From assembly GCA_963791435.1 (NCBI GenBank), contig CAWBSL010000003.1, forward strand, positions 186,320 to 250,319: a DNA stretch of 64,000 nt, read 5' to 3'. Numbering within the stretch: position 1 is the first letter of the stretch; every line of letters begins with the position of its first letter. Both the position numbers and the translations under genes were made by a program. The notes under the pieces were generated by a model, which saw only the letters and a program-made list of their open reading frames with translations, was not told the origin of the DNA and made no database searches. The stretch comes from Candidatus Dormiibacterota bacterium (GTDB taxonomy: Bacteria > Chloroflexota > Dormibacteria > Aeolococcales > Aeolococcaceae). Below, in pieces: positions 20,120-29,580 of this stretch.

Positions 20120-21520
20120 ATGCACGTGCACGTTCTCGGTATTTGCGGCTACGCGACCTTCGGTGCAGCGAGCCTCGCGCTGGCGCGCGGCGATCGCGTC
20201 ACCGGCTCGGACGATCACGCGTATCCGCCGATGAGTGACGCCGTCACCGCCGCTGGTATCGAATGGGAGAACCACAGCGATCCGGCGAACCTCGATCGCT
20301 GGGGCGTCCCCGACCTCGTGGTGGTGGGCAATCAGACGCGTCCGGCGAACCTGGAGCTCGAGGCCGTGCGCCGGCGCGGCATCCCGTGCCTCAGCGAGAT
20401 CGAGTTCTACGTGAGCCTCGCCGGGGAGCGGATGCGACTCACCGTCTGCGGCACGCACGGCAAGACCACGACCTCCGCATTGCTGGTGCACATCCTCGAC
20501 CGCGCGGGCATGGATCCGGGATTTCGTCTCGGTTCCACGTCGCTCGATCTCGGCGGCACGTCACGCCTGGGAAGCGGTCCCTTCGTGTTCGAGGGCGATG
20601 AGTACACGTCCGCGCCATGGGATCCCCGCCCGAAGTTCCTGCACACGCGGCCCAACGGCGCATGCGTGACGCGCCTCGAGCTCGATCATCCCGATGTCTA
20701 CGCGAGTCTCGACGCGTACCGCGAGCCCTTTGTCGAGCTGGCATCCACCATGCCGCCGGATGGCGTGCTTGCCCTCTGCGCAGATGATCCCGAATGCCTG
20801 GCGCTTCGCGACGGTGCAGCCGGTGTTGCAGTCACCTATGGCACGAAGCCGGCCAGCGACTGGTCGATCGTTGAGCCGCGGGAGCGGGACGGCATGCAGC
20901 ACTTCCTTGTGGAACGGAAGGATCGGGCACCGCTCGATGTCGTGCTCACGTTTCCCGGCATCCACAATGCGCAGAACGCCTGCGCGGCGCTCATCCTCTC
21001 GGAGTTTGCCGGGGTCGACACGGCGGTCGCAGTGGCTGCATGCGCAGACTTCCTCGGGCCGGCGCGCCGTTTCCAGATCCTCGGTGAGTTGGACGGCGTG
21101 GCGGTCGTCGATGACTACGCGCACCACCCGACCGAGGTGGCGGCCGCGATCGACGCGGCTCGACAGCGGTATCCCGGTCGTCGCCTCATCGCCATTCACA
21201 CGCCGCACACGTACTCGCGCGTCAGCCGGTTGCTCGAGGACTACCGCCGGAGTTTCGTCGGCGCTGACGTCGTGGTCATCGGGCCGATCGAGGAAGCCCG
21301 CGAGCGTGGGATGCCCAAAACCGTGTCAAGCCAGGACGTGGCCGATCGTGCGGGACCTGAGCACGCCGTGCACGTGGTCGATTCCAGCGATGCGGCTGTC
21401 GACCTGGTGATGGGCATCCGGCGCCCCGGTGATGTGCTCCTCGTGCTGTCCCTCGGCGGCTTCGACAAGCTGGCGCCTCGCCTTCGCGACGCCCTGGAGG
21501 CGCAGGGTGTCCGCCGGTGA
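20120..21520 (+). CDS. Mur ligase in the murC position, with Mpl-like sequence
   Basis: HVLGICG...GSDDHAYPPMS, GTHGKTTT, EGDEYTSAPWDPRPKFLH, DDYAHHPTE. Confidence 0.88.
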   Translation: MHVHVLGICGYATFGAASLALARGDRVTGSDDHAYPPMSDAVTAAGIEWENHSDPANLDRWGVPDLVVVGNQTRPANLELEAVRRRGIPCLSEIEFYVSLAGERMRLTVCGTHGKTTTSALLVHILDRAGMDPGFRLGSTSLDLGGTSRLGSGPFVFEGDEYTSAPWDPRPKFLHTRPNGACVTRLELDHPDVYASLDAYREPFVELASTMPPDGVLALCADDPECLALRDGAAGVAVTYGTKPASDWSIVEPRERDGMQHFLVERKDRAPLDVVLTFPGIHNAQNACAALILSEFAGVDTAVAVAACADFLGPARRFQILGELDGVAVVDDYAHHPTEVAAAIDAARQRYPGRRLIAIHTPHTYSRVSRLLEDYRRSFVGADVVVIGPIEEARERGMPKTVSSQDVADRAGPEHAVHVVDSSDAAVDLVMGIRRPGDVLLVLSLGGFDKLAPRLRDALEAQGVRR

Positions 21521-22427
21521 CTGGCTCGACGGCCTTCCAGGCGTGCATCGTGACGAGCCGCTCGCTCGCCACAGTCAATTCGGTGTCGGCGGCCCCGCCC
21601 GCTGGTTCATCACCACGCGAGATGCCACCGTCCTCGGCGAGTTGCTTCGCCGGTGCGGTGATTCGGGTGTCGCGGTGACCATGCTCGGCGCGGGCAGCAA
21701 CACGCTCATCAGCGATGACGGGATCGACGGCCTCGTGATCCGCCACAACGATCGCCGGCTGCGGATCGTCGATGCAGGAACCGTGGAACTTGGCGCGGGC
21801 TGCATGATGCCGCGCGTGGCACTCGACTGCGCGTCGCGCGGCCTCGCGGGGATCGAGTTCGGCATCGGCGTGCCGGGCACCTGCGGGGCGAGCGTCTACG
21901 GCAACGCCGGCGCGTTTGGAACCGACATGTCGGACGTCCTCATCGACTGCACGTCGCTGGATCAGACCGGCACTGCCACGACGCTTGCGGCGGGCGAGTG
22001 CGACTTCAGCTATCGCCACTCCCGCTTCAAGGACGACCTCCGCGGCAGCGTGATCGTCAGTGCGCGGCTTCGCGTGCACGCCGATGACCCGACAGCTGTT
22101 CGTGAACGTACCGATGCGATCCAGGCGGAGCGCAAGGCGTCTCAGCCCTACGGCATCCGCAGCCTCGGCAGCGTCTTCAAGAATCCGCCGGACGACAAGG
22201 CCGGGCGCCTCATCGAGGCCGCGGGTCTCAAGGGGAAGCGCGCCGGTGGCGCGCAGATCTCTCCGAAACATGCGAATTTCATCGTCAACGTGGATCACGC
22301 GCGAGCGGTGGATGTGCTGGCTCTCGTCGGCATCGCACACGACGCTGTGCAGCAGCAGTTCGGGGTGGACCTCGAGCGGGAGATCGTCGTCCTGGGCGAC
22401 ACAACAGCCGGTGCACCACGTGCCTGA
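21507..22427 (+). CDS. murB: UDP-N-acetylenolpyruvoylglucosamine reductase
   Basis: GVGGPA, GAGSN, GVPGTCG..YGNAGA, FSYRHS, GSVFKNP, KHANFIVN. Confidence 0.96.
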   Translation: MSAGDWLDGLPGVHRDEPLARHSQFGVGGPARWFITTRDATVLGELLRRCGDSGVAVTMLGAGSNTLISDDGIDGLVIRHNDRRLRIVDAGTVELGAGCMMPRVALDCASRGLAGIEFGIGVPGTCGASVYGNAGAFGTDMSDVLIDCTSLDQTGTATTLAAGECDFSYRHSRFKDDLRGSVIVSARLRVHADDPTAVRERTDAIQAERKASQPYGIRSLGSVFKNPPDDKAGRLIEAAGLKGKRAGGAQISPKHANFIVNVDHARAVDVLALVGIAHDAVQQQFGVDLEREIVVLGDTTAGAPRA

Positions 22428-23613
22428 GCGGCTCAAGGTCGGCGTGTTCTTCGGCAGCCGGTCGGTGGAGCACGAGGTGTCGGTCATCACAGCGCAGCAG
22501 GCGATGGCGGCGCTGCCTGCCGACCGCTACGAAGCCGTCCCCGTGTACATCGCAAAATCGGGCGTCTGGTACAGCGGCGACCAGCTGCTCCAACTCGAGC
22601 GATACAAGGACATCGATCGACTCATCGCCGTGTCGACGCGTGTGACCATGCGGCCGGACCCGACGGGCGGGGGAGAACTCACGGAGGTTGATGGACGTCG
22701 CGGGCTGCTCGGCGGTTCGGCCCGCGCCGCTGCACGGTTCGATGTCGCGATGCCGCTCGTGCACGGGTCCAACGGCGAGGACGGCACGCTCCAGGGCCTC
22801 TTCGAGCTGGCGGCGGTGCCGTACTGCGGCTGCGACGTCGTGTCAGCAGCGGTGAGCATGGACAAGCGCGTGTCGCGAAGCGCGCTCCGCGGCGCCGGAA
22901 TCCCGGTGCTCGACGACGTCATGGTGTCGCGTTCGCGCTGGCTCGACCGCCCCAATGCTGTCTGCACGGACCTCGCGCAGCTTCCCGGCTTTCCCATGTA
23001 CGTGAAGCCCCGCCGACTCGGATCGAGCATCGGCGTGGCTCGCGTGGAGAATGACGAGCAGCTTCGCGATGCGCTCGAGGTCGCGTTCGGCTACGACACA
23101 TCGATTCTCGCTGAGGCCGCGCAGGATGCGAGCATCGAGGTGAACTGCTCCGTGCTCGGCTGGGGCGACGACGTCGAGGCGTCTGTGTGCGAGCAGCCGG
23201 TGAGCAACGGCACGCTCAGTTATGCGGACAAATATCTCAGTGGCGCCAAGGCAAAGGGTGGTGCGAAGGCGCCGGCAGGCGGGATGAAGCATTCGCAGCG
23301 GATCATTCCCGCGCCCATACCGGACGCGCTGACCGCCCGCATCCAGGAGACAGCCAAGGCGGCGTTTCGCGCCATCGGTGCAGCCGGCGTCACGCGGGTG
23401 GATTTCCTGGTGTCACCGGAGCAGGACTCGTTCGTGGTCAATGAGCTGAACACACTGCCGGGATCACTGTCCTTCTATCTCTGGGAGGCGTCGGGCGTGC
23501 GCTTCGACGCGCTGCTCACGAAACTGATCGATATGGCGATGGCGCGACATCGCGAGCAGCAGGCGACCACGTCGTCGATCGACACGTGGCTGCTCACCGG
23601 TCGGCCGGGCTGA
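22420..23613 (+). CDS. ddl: D-alanine--D-alanine ligase
   Basis: SVEHEVS, HGSNGEDGTLQG, KPRRLGSSIG, YADKY, NELNTLPG. Confidence 0.95.
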   Translation: MPERLKVGVFFGSRSVEHEVSVITAQQAMAALPADRYEAVPVYIAKSGVWYSGDQLLQLERYKDIDRLIAVSTRVTMRPDPTGGGELTEVDGRRGLLGGSARAAARFDVAMPLVHGSNGEDGTLQGLFELAAVPYCGCDVVSAAVSMDKRVSRSALRGAGIPVLDDVMVSRSRWLDRPNAVCTDLAQLPGFPMYVKPRRLGSSIGVARVENDEQLRDALEVAFGYDTSILAEAAQDASIEVNCSVLGWGDDVEASVCEQPVSNGTLSYADKYLSGAKAKGGAKAPAGGMKHSQRIIPAPIPDALTARIQETAKAAFRAIGAAGVTRVDFLVSPEQDSFVVNELNTLPGSLSFYLWEASGVRFDALLTKLIDMAMARHREQQATTSSIDTWLLTGRPG

Positions 23614-23642
23614 ACGGCGACACGAGTGGGGATCGAGCGACC

Positions 23643-24428
23643 GTGGCCGGGGCGACGGGGGAGATCCCGCGCGCGGCGCTCGAGGAACGTGGTGAAGGAC
23701 GCCCGCTGCTCCTGCTCCACGGTTGGGGTGTCTCGTCCGAGCTGTTCGCGCCGATCCTCGACGGGCTGCAGCAGGGACGCCGCCTGATCGTCCCGGACCT
23801 CCCGGGTTTCGGCGCCACTGCGGAGCCGGATACGGCGTGGTCGGTGCACGACTATGCGGCCTGGTGCATCGCGCTCTTCGACCGGCTCGGCATCGGGACG
23901 TGCGACCTGATCGGCCACTCCAACGGCGGGCGGATCGGGATCGTGATTGCGGCCACGTACCCGGGGCGGATCGAGCGGATGGTGCTCGCGGGGAGCGCGG
24001 GCATCCGCCCGCGCCAGACGTTGCGAGGCGCCGCGCGGGTGCGCTCGTACAAGGCGCTCCGCATTGTCGAGCGGTCCGCTCTGGTCCCGTCTGCGCTGCG
24101 TCAGGCCGCCCGCCGCCGCGCGGATCAGCGCGGCTCCGCCGACTATCGAGCGGTCTCCGGAGTCATGCGCGGCACGCTGGTACGCATCGTCAACGAGGAT
24201 CTCCGCGCACTCCTGCCGAAGCTGCACCTGCCCGTGCTGCTGATCTGGGGCGACAAGGACACGGAGACGCCGATCGCGGACGGACAGTTGATGGAGCGGC
24301 TCATCCCCGATGCCGGCCTCGTCGTGTTCGAAGGCGCAGGCCATTACGCGTACCTCGAACAGGCAGCGCGGTTCTGCAGGATCGTTGAGGTGTTTCTGCG
24401 CGACGACGCTCCGGAGCATCAGCCGTGA
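23643..24428 (+). CDS. Alpha/beta hydrolase embedded in dcw
   Basis: LLHGWG, DLPGFG, GHSNGG, WGDKD, AGH; stop overlaps the murF start. Confidence 0.9.
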   Translation: MAGATGEIPRAALEERGEGRPLLLLHGWGVSSELFAPILDGLQQGRRLIVPDLPGFGATAEPDTAWSVHDYAAWCIALFDRLGIGTCDLIGHSNGGRIGIVIAATYPGRIERMVLAGSAGIRPRQTLRGAARVRSYKALRIVERSALVPSALRQAARRRADQRGSADYRAVSGVMRGTLVRIVNEDLRALLPKLHLPVLLIWGDKDTETPIADGQLMERLIPDAGLVVFEGAGHYAYLEQAARFCRIVEVFLRDDAPEHQP

Positions 24429-26089
24429 GCCCGCTCGTCGGCCCGCTCGTCGCTGTCGCCGCGATTGTCTGGCTGGTGCTGCTCTTCCGGATCGTCCTCG
24501 TCGCCGCGCGGATGTTCCAGATCGAGGAGTACGAGTCCGTGCGTTTCCTGCGCTGGGGGCTCACCCGCGAGTGGCTCGCTCACCGCGCGGTGTGGCTGGG
24601 TCTTCTGGTCGGCGCCGTCGCGCTCAGCGTCGCCGCAGTCCTCCCGCCCGCGCGGCCGGTGGGCATCGCTGTCGCGTGGCTCGTCTCGGCCGCTGCGGCG
24701 CAGTTCACGTGGCGATGGACGTCACCGAAGCGGCCGCTCGTGATGACGGCGCGGATGCGCCGGCTGCTCATCGCCGGAGGATTCCTCGCCGTCCTGCTCT
24801 CGGCAGGGCTCGCGCTCGGGATCGTCGCGCTCCATCCCATCGTGTCCACGATTCTCGTGCTTATCGCGGCGGGGCTGGTGACGGGCATGAGCGAGATCCT
24901 GCTGGTTGCTGCCAATGTCGTCACAAAACCGGCGGAGGCGCGGATCCGGCGCCATTACCTGGACCTCGCGGCGCGGCGCCTGCACGAGGTGGACCCGGTG
25001 GTCGTCGCGGTGGTGGGCAGCTATGGGAAGACCAGCACCAAGCACGTCCTCGCGCAGCTGTTGCAGCCGCAGGTCAACACGCTTCCAACCCGCAAGAGCT
25101 TCAACACGCTGATGGGCGTGACCCGCGTGATCAACGAGGACCTGACATCCGATGACAAGGTGTTCGTCGTCGAAATGGACGCCTACGCACCGGGAGAGAT
25201 CGCGACGATGAGCAGCCTCGTGCACCCGCGCATCGCCATCGTCACCGCGATCGGCCCGCAACACATGGAGCGTTTCGGCACGATGGATCGCATCGCCGGC
25301 GCGATGTACGAGGTCGTCACGGCACTGCCGGCGAGCGGCACGCTGATCCTGTACATCGGCGACGAGTCCGGCGCGGCGCTTGCGCAGCGCGCACGCTCGG
25401 AGCAGCGGCAGATGATCCGCTACGCGCTCGGCACCGATGGCGAGGCGGTGGATGCGGATATCGTCGCGTCGTCGATACAGGTCACCGCCCACGGATCGAC
25501 CTTTCGCTGGCGGTGGGAGGCGGAAGGGCTCGATCGCCAGATCACGATTCCGCTGCTCGGACGCCACCAGGTGGCCAACGTCAGCGCGGCGCTCGCCGCT
25601 GTGCTCACGCTCGGTTACTCGATCGATGACGCCATCGCCGCTGCGGCAGCGCTCGAACAGGTGGAGCACCGTCTTCAGGTCATGGCGACCACCGGCCCGC
25701 TCACGGTGATCGACGACTCGTACAACGCAAACCCCGTCGGCGTGCACAACGGCCTGGAGGTTCTCGCAGCCATGAGTGGCGCGCACAAGTTTCTGATCAC
25801 GCCGGGCCTCGTTGAGCTTGGGAGTGTGGAGGATGCCGAGAACCGGCGCTACGGCGAGCACGCGGCGAAGGTCTGCGATCACGTCATCGTCATGTCGGCG
25901 AAGACGAGCGCTGCGCTGTGCGCCGGGCTGCGTTCGGGTGGGATGAGCGAGGACCGCATCCACGTCGTCGACACCCTCGCCGATGCGACCGCGTTGCTTC
26001 AGACCCTGTCGGTTCCCGGTGACGTGGTCCTCTTCGCCAACGATCTTCCGGATACGTACCTCCCGGTGGCGCGCCCGGCGCGTTCGTAA
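24425..26089 (+). CDS. murF: MurF with an N-terminal multi-TM extension
   Basis: About 170 aa hydrophobic N-terminus; GSYGKTSTK, SFNT.MG, VEMDAY, GPQHME, IDDSYNANP, PGLVELG. Confidence 0.88.
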   Translation: MSPLVGPLVAVAAIVWLVLLFRIVLVAARMFQIEEYESVRFLRWGLTREWLAHRAVWLGLLVGAVALSVAAVLPPARPVGIAVAWLVSAAAAQFTWRWTSPKRPLVMTARMRRLLIAGGFLAVLLSAGLALGIVALHPIVSTILVLIAAGLVTGMSEILLVAANVVTKPAEARIRRHYLDLAARRLHEVDPVVVAVVGSYGKTSTKHVLAQLLQPQVNTLPTRKSFNTLMGVTRVINEDLTSDDKVFVVEMDAYAPGEIATMSSLVHPRIAIVTAIGPQHMERFGTMDRIAGAMYEVVTALPASGTLILYIGDESGAALAQRARSEQRQMIRYALGTDGEAVDADIVASSIQVTAHGSTFRWRWEAEGLDRQITIPLLGRHQVANVSAALAAVLTLGYSIDDAIAAAAALEQVEHRLQVMATTGPLTVIDDSYNANPVGVHNGLEVLAAMSGAHKFLITPGLVELGSVEDAENRRYGEHAAKVCDHVIVMSAKTSAALCAGLRSGGMSEDRIHVVDTLADATALLQTLSVPGDVVLFANDLPDTYLPVARPARS

Positions 26090-26204
26090 CGGTCACACCG
26101 GCTTCACCTGGGAGATAATCGGGCGGGCCCCGTGCGGCCGCAACGTCTCAGCACACGTCTCAGCCAGCGTATATGCAACGTTTTCACCGCACCGAGCACG
26201 CCCA

Positions 26205-27326
26205 GTGAGCAGCGAGATGCTCGACGAGGAGGCGCGCCATGTCGCCCTCGTGCGAGCCCAGGCGGCACTCATCGCCAACTCGTCCCGGGCCGTGCGCCGG
26301 CTGGTGGTCACTCCTGGCGCGAAGCTCGCCGCCTCACCCCGCAAACGGCGCCATGCGCGGCGGGGAACACCGCCACCACCGCCCGCACCGCGGCGGCATA
26401 CCTCATGGAGGCGGCGCGTCATCGCCGGTGCCGCGCTCACCGTGCAAGTCGGCCTGCTCGCGCTGGCGCTGACGCTGCCGGGCTTCCAGGTACGGAAGGT
26501 GACCGTGCTCGGCACGCACCTGCTCACGACGGGCGCCGTGGTCGCCGCGGCAGAGGTCCCCGAGCAGAGCATCTTCACCATCAACGGCGCGGCGATCCAG
26601 GGCCGCGTGCAGGCGCTGCCCTGGGTCGCGAGCGCGCTGGTCACCACCGAGCTGCCGGCCACCGTGGAGATCTCGGTCGTGGAGCGTGCGCCGATGCTTC
26701 GCATCCGTCGCGACGGCACCGACACCCTGGTGGCGTCCGACGGGGCGACGCTTCCCGGAATCGACGCGACTCCCGCCGCGCGAAGCGGCATCCCGGTCCT
26801 GATCGATGACCGAGCCGGGACGCCGCAACCGATCAACCCGGTGCTCGTCCAGCTGCTGAGCTCGGTCTCGCAACGCTTCCCGAGCGTCTTCGGGTGCTCG
26901 GTCAAGGCGTTCCTGTGGGGAGCCGACGACGTCGTGAGCATCTGGACCAGCTCAGGCTGGCGCGCCGTGCTCGGCGACCTCGACACCGACGTTGCGCTGC
27001 AGGAGCTCCCGTCTCAGATCGAGACGCTCGCGGCGTTGAAGGACCAGTTGAACTTCGTCAAGCCGACGTTCGGCTACATCGACGTCGAGTCGCCGGCCGA
27101 TCCGGTGAGTGGCGGCAAGCCCGGCCTGCCCGCCGAGGTGACCGAGGCACTCCTGCCGATTGCTCCGTCGGTCCAGCCGCCGCCGGCGGATTCCTCGGTG
27201 GCTCCCCCCACAGCGCCGCCGACCCCGCGCCCGACTCCAACACCCTCGCCGACGCCGAGTCCCACGCCGACCCCGTCGATCACGCTCATCACTCCGCCCG
27301 CGAAGACGCCCACGCCGTCACCGTGA
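26205..27326 (+). CDS. ftsQ: FtsQ/DivIB-like POTRA protein with Pro/Thr-rich tail
   Basis: Basic N-terminus, single TM, POTRA (LPWVASALVTTELPATVEISVVER), YIDV, C-terminal PT/PS repeats. Confidence 0.8.
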   Translation: MSSEMLDEEARHVALVRAQAALIANSSRAVRRLVVTPGAKLAASPRKRRHARRGTPPPPPAPRRHTSWRRRVIAGAALTVQVGLLALALTLPGFQVRKVTVLGTHLLTTGAVVAAAEVPEQSIFTINGAAIQGRVQALPWVASALVTTELPATVEISVVERAPMLRIRRDGTDTLVASDGATLPGIDATPAARSGIPVLIDDRAGTPQPINPVLVQLLSSVSQRFPSVFGCSVKAFLWGADDVVSIWTSSGWRAVLGDLDTDVALQELPSQIETLAALKDQLNFVKPTFGYIDVESPADPVSGGKPGLPAEVTEALLPIAPSVQPPPADSSVAPPTAPPTPRPTPTPSPTPSPTPTPSITLITPPAKTPTPSP

Positions 27327-27366
27327 GCGGGTCGATTCTGGCTGGCTGTCTCGTCGGCGGCTAGGG

Positions 27367-28110
27367 TCAGGCCTCCGGTCGAGGCGGTCTCGGTGAGACC
27401 CGGTCGAGCTCTGCCTTGATCACCGCGTAGCACTCGCAGGCCACGGCCTCCAGGCCGGTGCGATCGACGATCGTGACGTGGCCCCGCGCGTACCGGATCA
27501 AGCCGGCGCGTTGCAGGATGCCCGCTGACACTGACACGGTCGAGCGACGGGCCCCCAGCATCTGCGCAAGAAACTCCTGCGTGATCATGAACTGGTCAGA
27601 TCCGACCCGATCCCGGCTCATCAACAGCCATCGGCTGAGCCGCTCCTCGCTCGAGTGGAGTCGATTGCACGCGGCGGCTTGAGCAATCTGTCCAAACAGC
27701 GCCTGCGTATACCGGTCGATCAGGCTCTGGAAGGGGCGGCTGTTCGCGACCCACTCGGAAAACACTGACGCCTCCATTTGCAGCGCGTGGCCCGCTACCT
27801 GCGTGATGGCGCGCACCGCGAAGCTCGTCAACGGCTGCACGACCGGGACGCCGACGACCCCTTCATTGCCGATGGTGGCCACTTCGACGATGGCCCCGGT
27901 GTGCAGGGGCGTGACGAGTGAGACGACCCCGTCTGTTGGGAAGTACACGGAGTCGACGGCCCCGCCGGGTTCAAACAACACCATGCGGACGTTCAGAGTG
28001 ACCCTGGTCGTCGCGGCCATGAGTTGCCGCCGTTCTGGGGGCGGCAGCGCTGCGAGAAGCCGGTTCTCGCGCGGCTGACCGCAGTCAGCATCTTCAGATG
28101 ACTGGGTCAT
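27367..28110 (-). CDS. Crp/Fnr family transcriptional regulator
   Basis: NRLLAALP, VYFP..GVVS, ACNRLH, ITQEFLAQMLGARRSTV, ACECY. Confidence 0.93.
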   Translation of the reverse strand: MTQSSEDADCGQPRENRLLAALPPPERRQLMAATTRVTLNVRMVLFEPGGAVDSVYFPTDGVVSLVTPLHTGAIVEVATIGNEGVVGVPVVQPLTSFAVRAITQVAGHALQMEASVFSEWVANSRPFQSLIDRYTQALFGQIAQAAACNRLHSSEERLSRWLLMSRDRVGSDQFMITQEFLAQMLGARRSTVSVSAGILQRAGLIRYARGHVTIVDRTGLEAVACECYAVIKAELDRVSPRPPRPEA

Positions 28111-28152
28111 CCGATCCCTTGCTCCGGGCGCATCGTTCCTTTCTGAAGGTCG

Positions 28153-28177
28153 TGTCAAATGAGTGCGTCATTTGACA
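28153..28177. promoter_or_regulatory. Perfect inverted repeat, candidate operator between divergent regulators
   Basis: TGTCAAATGA-gtgcg-TCATTTGACA; each arm contains a TTGACA hexamer. Confidence 0.6.
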
Positions 28178-28229
28178 TACTACCGAACTGTTCCGTCGGC
28201 GGGTGTCAGGCAGTGAGGGAGAATTGACC

Positions 28230-29033
28230 ATGGCCTCTCAACTCGGTACTTCGCTGAGATCCGCCCGAGAACGTCTGGGCTGGAGTCGCGAGGCGCTCGC
28301 TCATGTCTCCGGTCTCAGCTGGTCGGCGATCACCCAGATCGAGTCCGGCCGGCGTCAGGAGGTGCGCGCAAGCACGCTCATCGCCCTCGCGAGCGCGCTC
28401 GGAGTCAGCGTCGACTATCTGATCGGTGGGCCCTCGACGACGTCACCGTCGCTCCTCAACCATGACCTGGTCACGTACAGCTCCGACGATGCATATCTCG
28501 TCGCCGCGGTCCCGTACATCCGGGAGGGGATCGAACGCGGTGACAGCGTTCTCGCCGTGACCCCGAGACGGTACGCAGACCTCCTGCACGACGCGCTCGA
28601 GGGCGAGGCGCAGCAGGTTGACTTCCTGGATGCGGCGGCGTGGTATCGATCCCTCCCGACTGCCGCGAGCAGATATCGCGATTACGTGAATGAGCGATTC
28701 GAGCGCGGGGCCCCGTGGATCCGGATCATTGGGGAGCCCGTGTGGACGGGGCGAACCGGAGATGCACTCACGGAATGGTTTCGTTATGAAGCCCTGATCA
28801 ATGTGTCGTTCGCATCGTGTCCGGCATCCGTTGTCTGCACGTATGACACGCGCTCTATGCCTGAGGGTGCGATGGAGAATGCGCTTCGCACGCACCCACT
28901 GTTGATGGGGGACGGCGATGTCACCGCGAGTCCTACCTACCAAGAGCCTGGGGACTTCCTGCTAGACTCTCAGTTGATGTCGTGTCTGGCCATATTCCGT
29001 CGTAAAGCTGCGCCGGTGGCGATGGCGATGTAG
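28230..29033 (+). CDS. XRE HTH fused to a MEDS sensory domain
   Basis: LRSARERLGWSREALA...IESGRR...LGVSVDYL; MEDS-like YSSDDAYL...IREGIERG, RIIGEP.W, YEALIN, CTYD, THP. Confidence 0.88.
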   Translation: MASQLGTSLRSARERLGWSREALAHVSGLSWSAITQIESGRRQEVRASTLIALASALGVSVDYLIGGPSTTSPSLLNHDLVTYSSDDAYLVAAVPYIREGIERGDSVLAVTPRRYADLLHDALEGEAQQVDFLDAAAWYRSLPTAASRYRDYVNERFERGAPWIRIIGEPVWTGRTGDALTEWFRYEALINVSFASCPASVVCTYDTRSMPEGAMENALRTHPLLMGDGDVTASPTYQEPGDFLLDSQLMSCLAIFRRKAAPVAMAM

Positions 29034-29186
29034 GTCTCGGCGGCGCTGCGACGGGCAGCTCGTGCGCCTGACCTCCTCACCGTTCTTGTAGCGCCAGCAT
29101 CAGCGCCCGTCGGTTCGAACCGGGAAGTGCTCGGGGAACGCTGGGATTTGCGCCGGTGATGAGTACCGTCCTTCCTGGGAGTGCAC

Positions 29187-29507
29187 TCATTGGGATGTGG
29201 GCTCATCGTCTGTGCGCGTAGGGAGGCCGTCGAGCAAGCTGAAACGGGCGTCCATCGCGACACTCCGGACATCGATCAGCTGCTGATATTCAGGCGAGTT
29301 GTACCAACTGACGGCCGCCTCATGGTCCGGAAACCGCATGAGTGCCCCTGAAGTGAGCGAGCCATCGCCGTGCAGGATCTCCCAGTTACTGTTGGCGAGA
29401 ACTTCGCCTCCGTGCTTTTTGGCCGTCTGTCCAGCGTTGCGGCTGTATTTCTCACGATAAACATCCGGGTCCTTGACCGTGAATTCGACAATTAGGTATG
29501 CGCTCAT
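29187..29507 (-). CDS. DUF1330 family protein
   Basis: MSAYLI, KHGGEVL, FPDHEAAVSWYNSPEYQ. Confidence 0.9.
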   Translation of the reverse strand: MSAYLIVEFTVKDPDVYREKYSRNAGQTAKKHGGEVLANSNWEILHGDGSLTSGALMRFPDHEAAVSWYNSPEYQQLIDVRSVAMDARFSLLDGLPTRTDDEPTSQ

Positions 29508-29580
29508 GTGGATATTCCTCAGTTGCTAGTTGTGATTTGTGTTCTACGTCTTCACTCTGAAACGTCACCGCCGACAAGCG

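Noticed and set aside
27200-27326. Repetitive DNA at the ftsQ 3' end (also at 52690-52760)
   Set aside because: Explained by Pro/Thr linker coding.
29105-29125. GGTTCGAACC resembling a tRNA T-loop or att site
   Set aside because: No T-stem, acceptor stem or CCA can be built around it.
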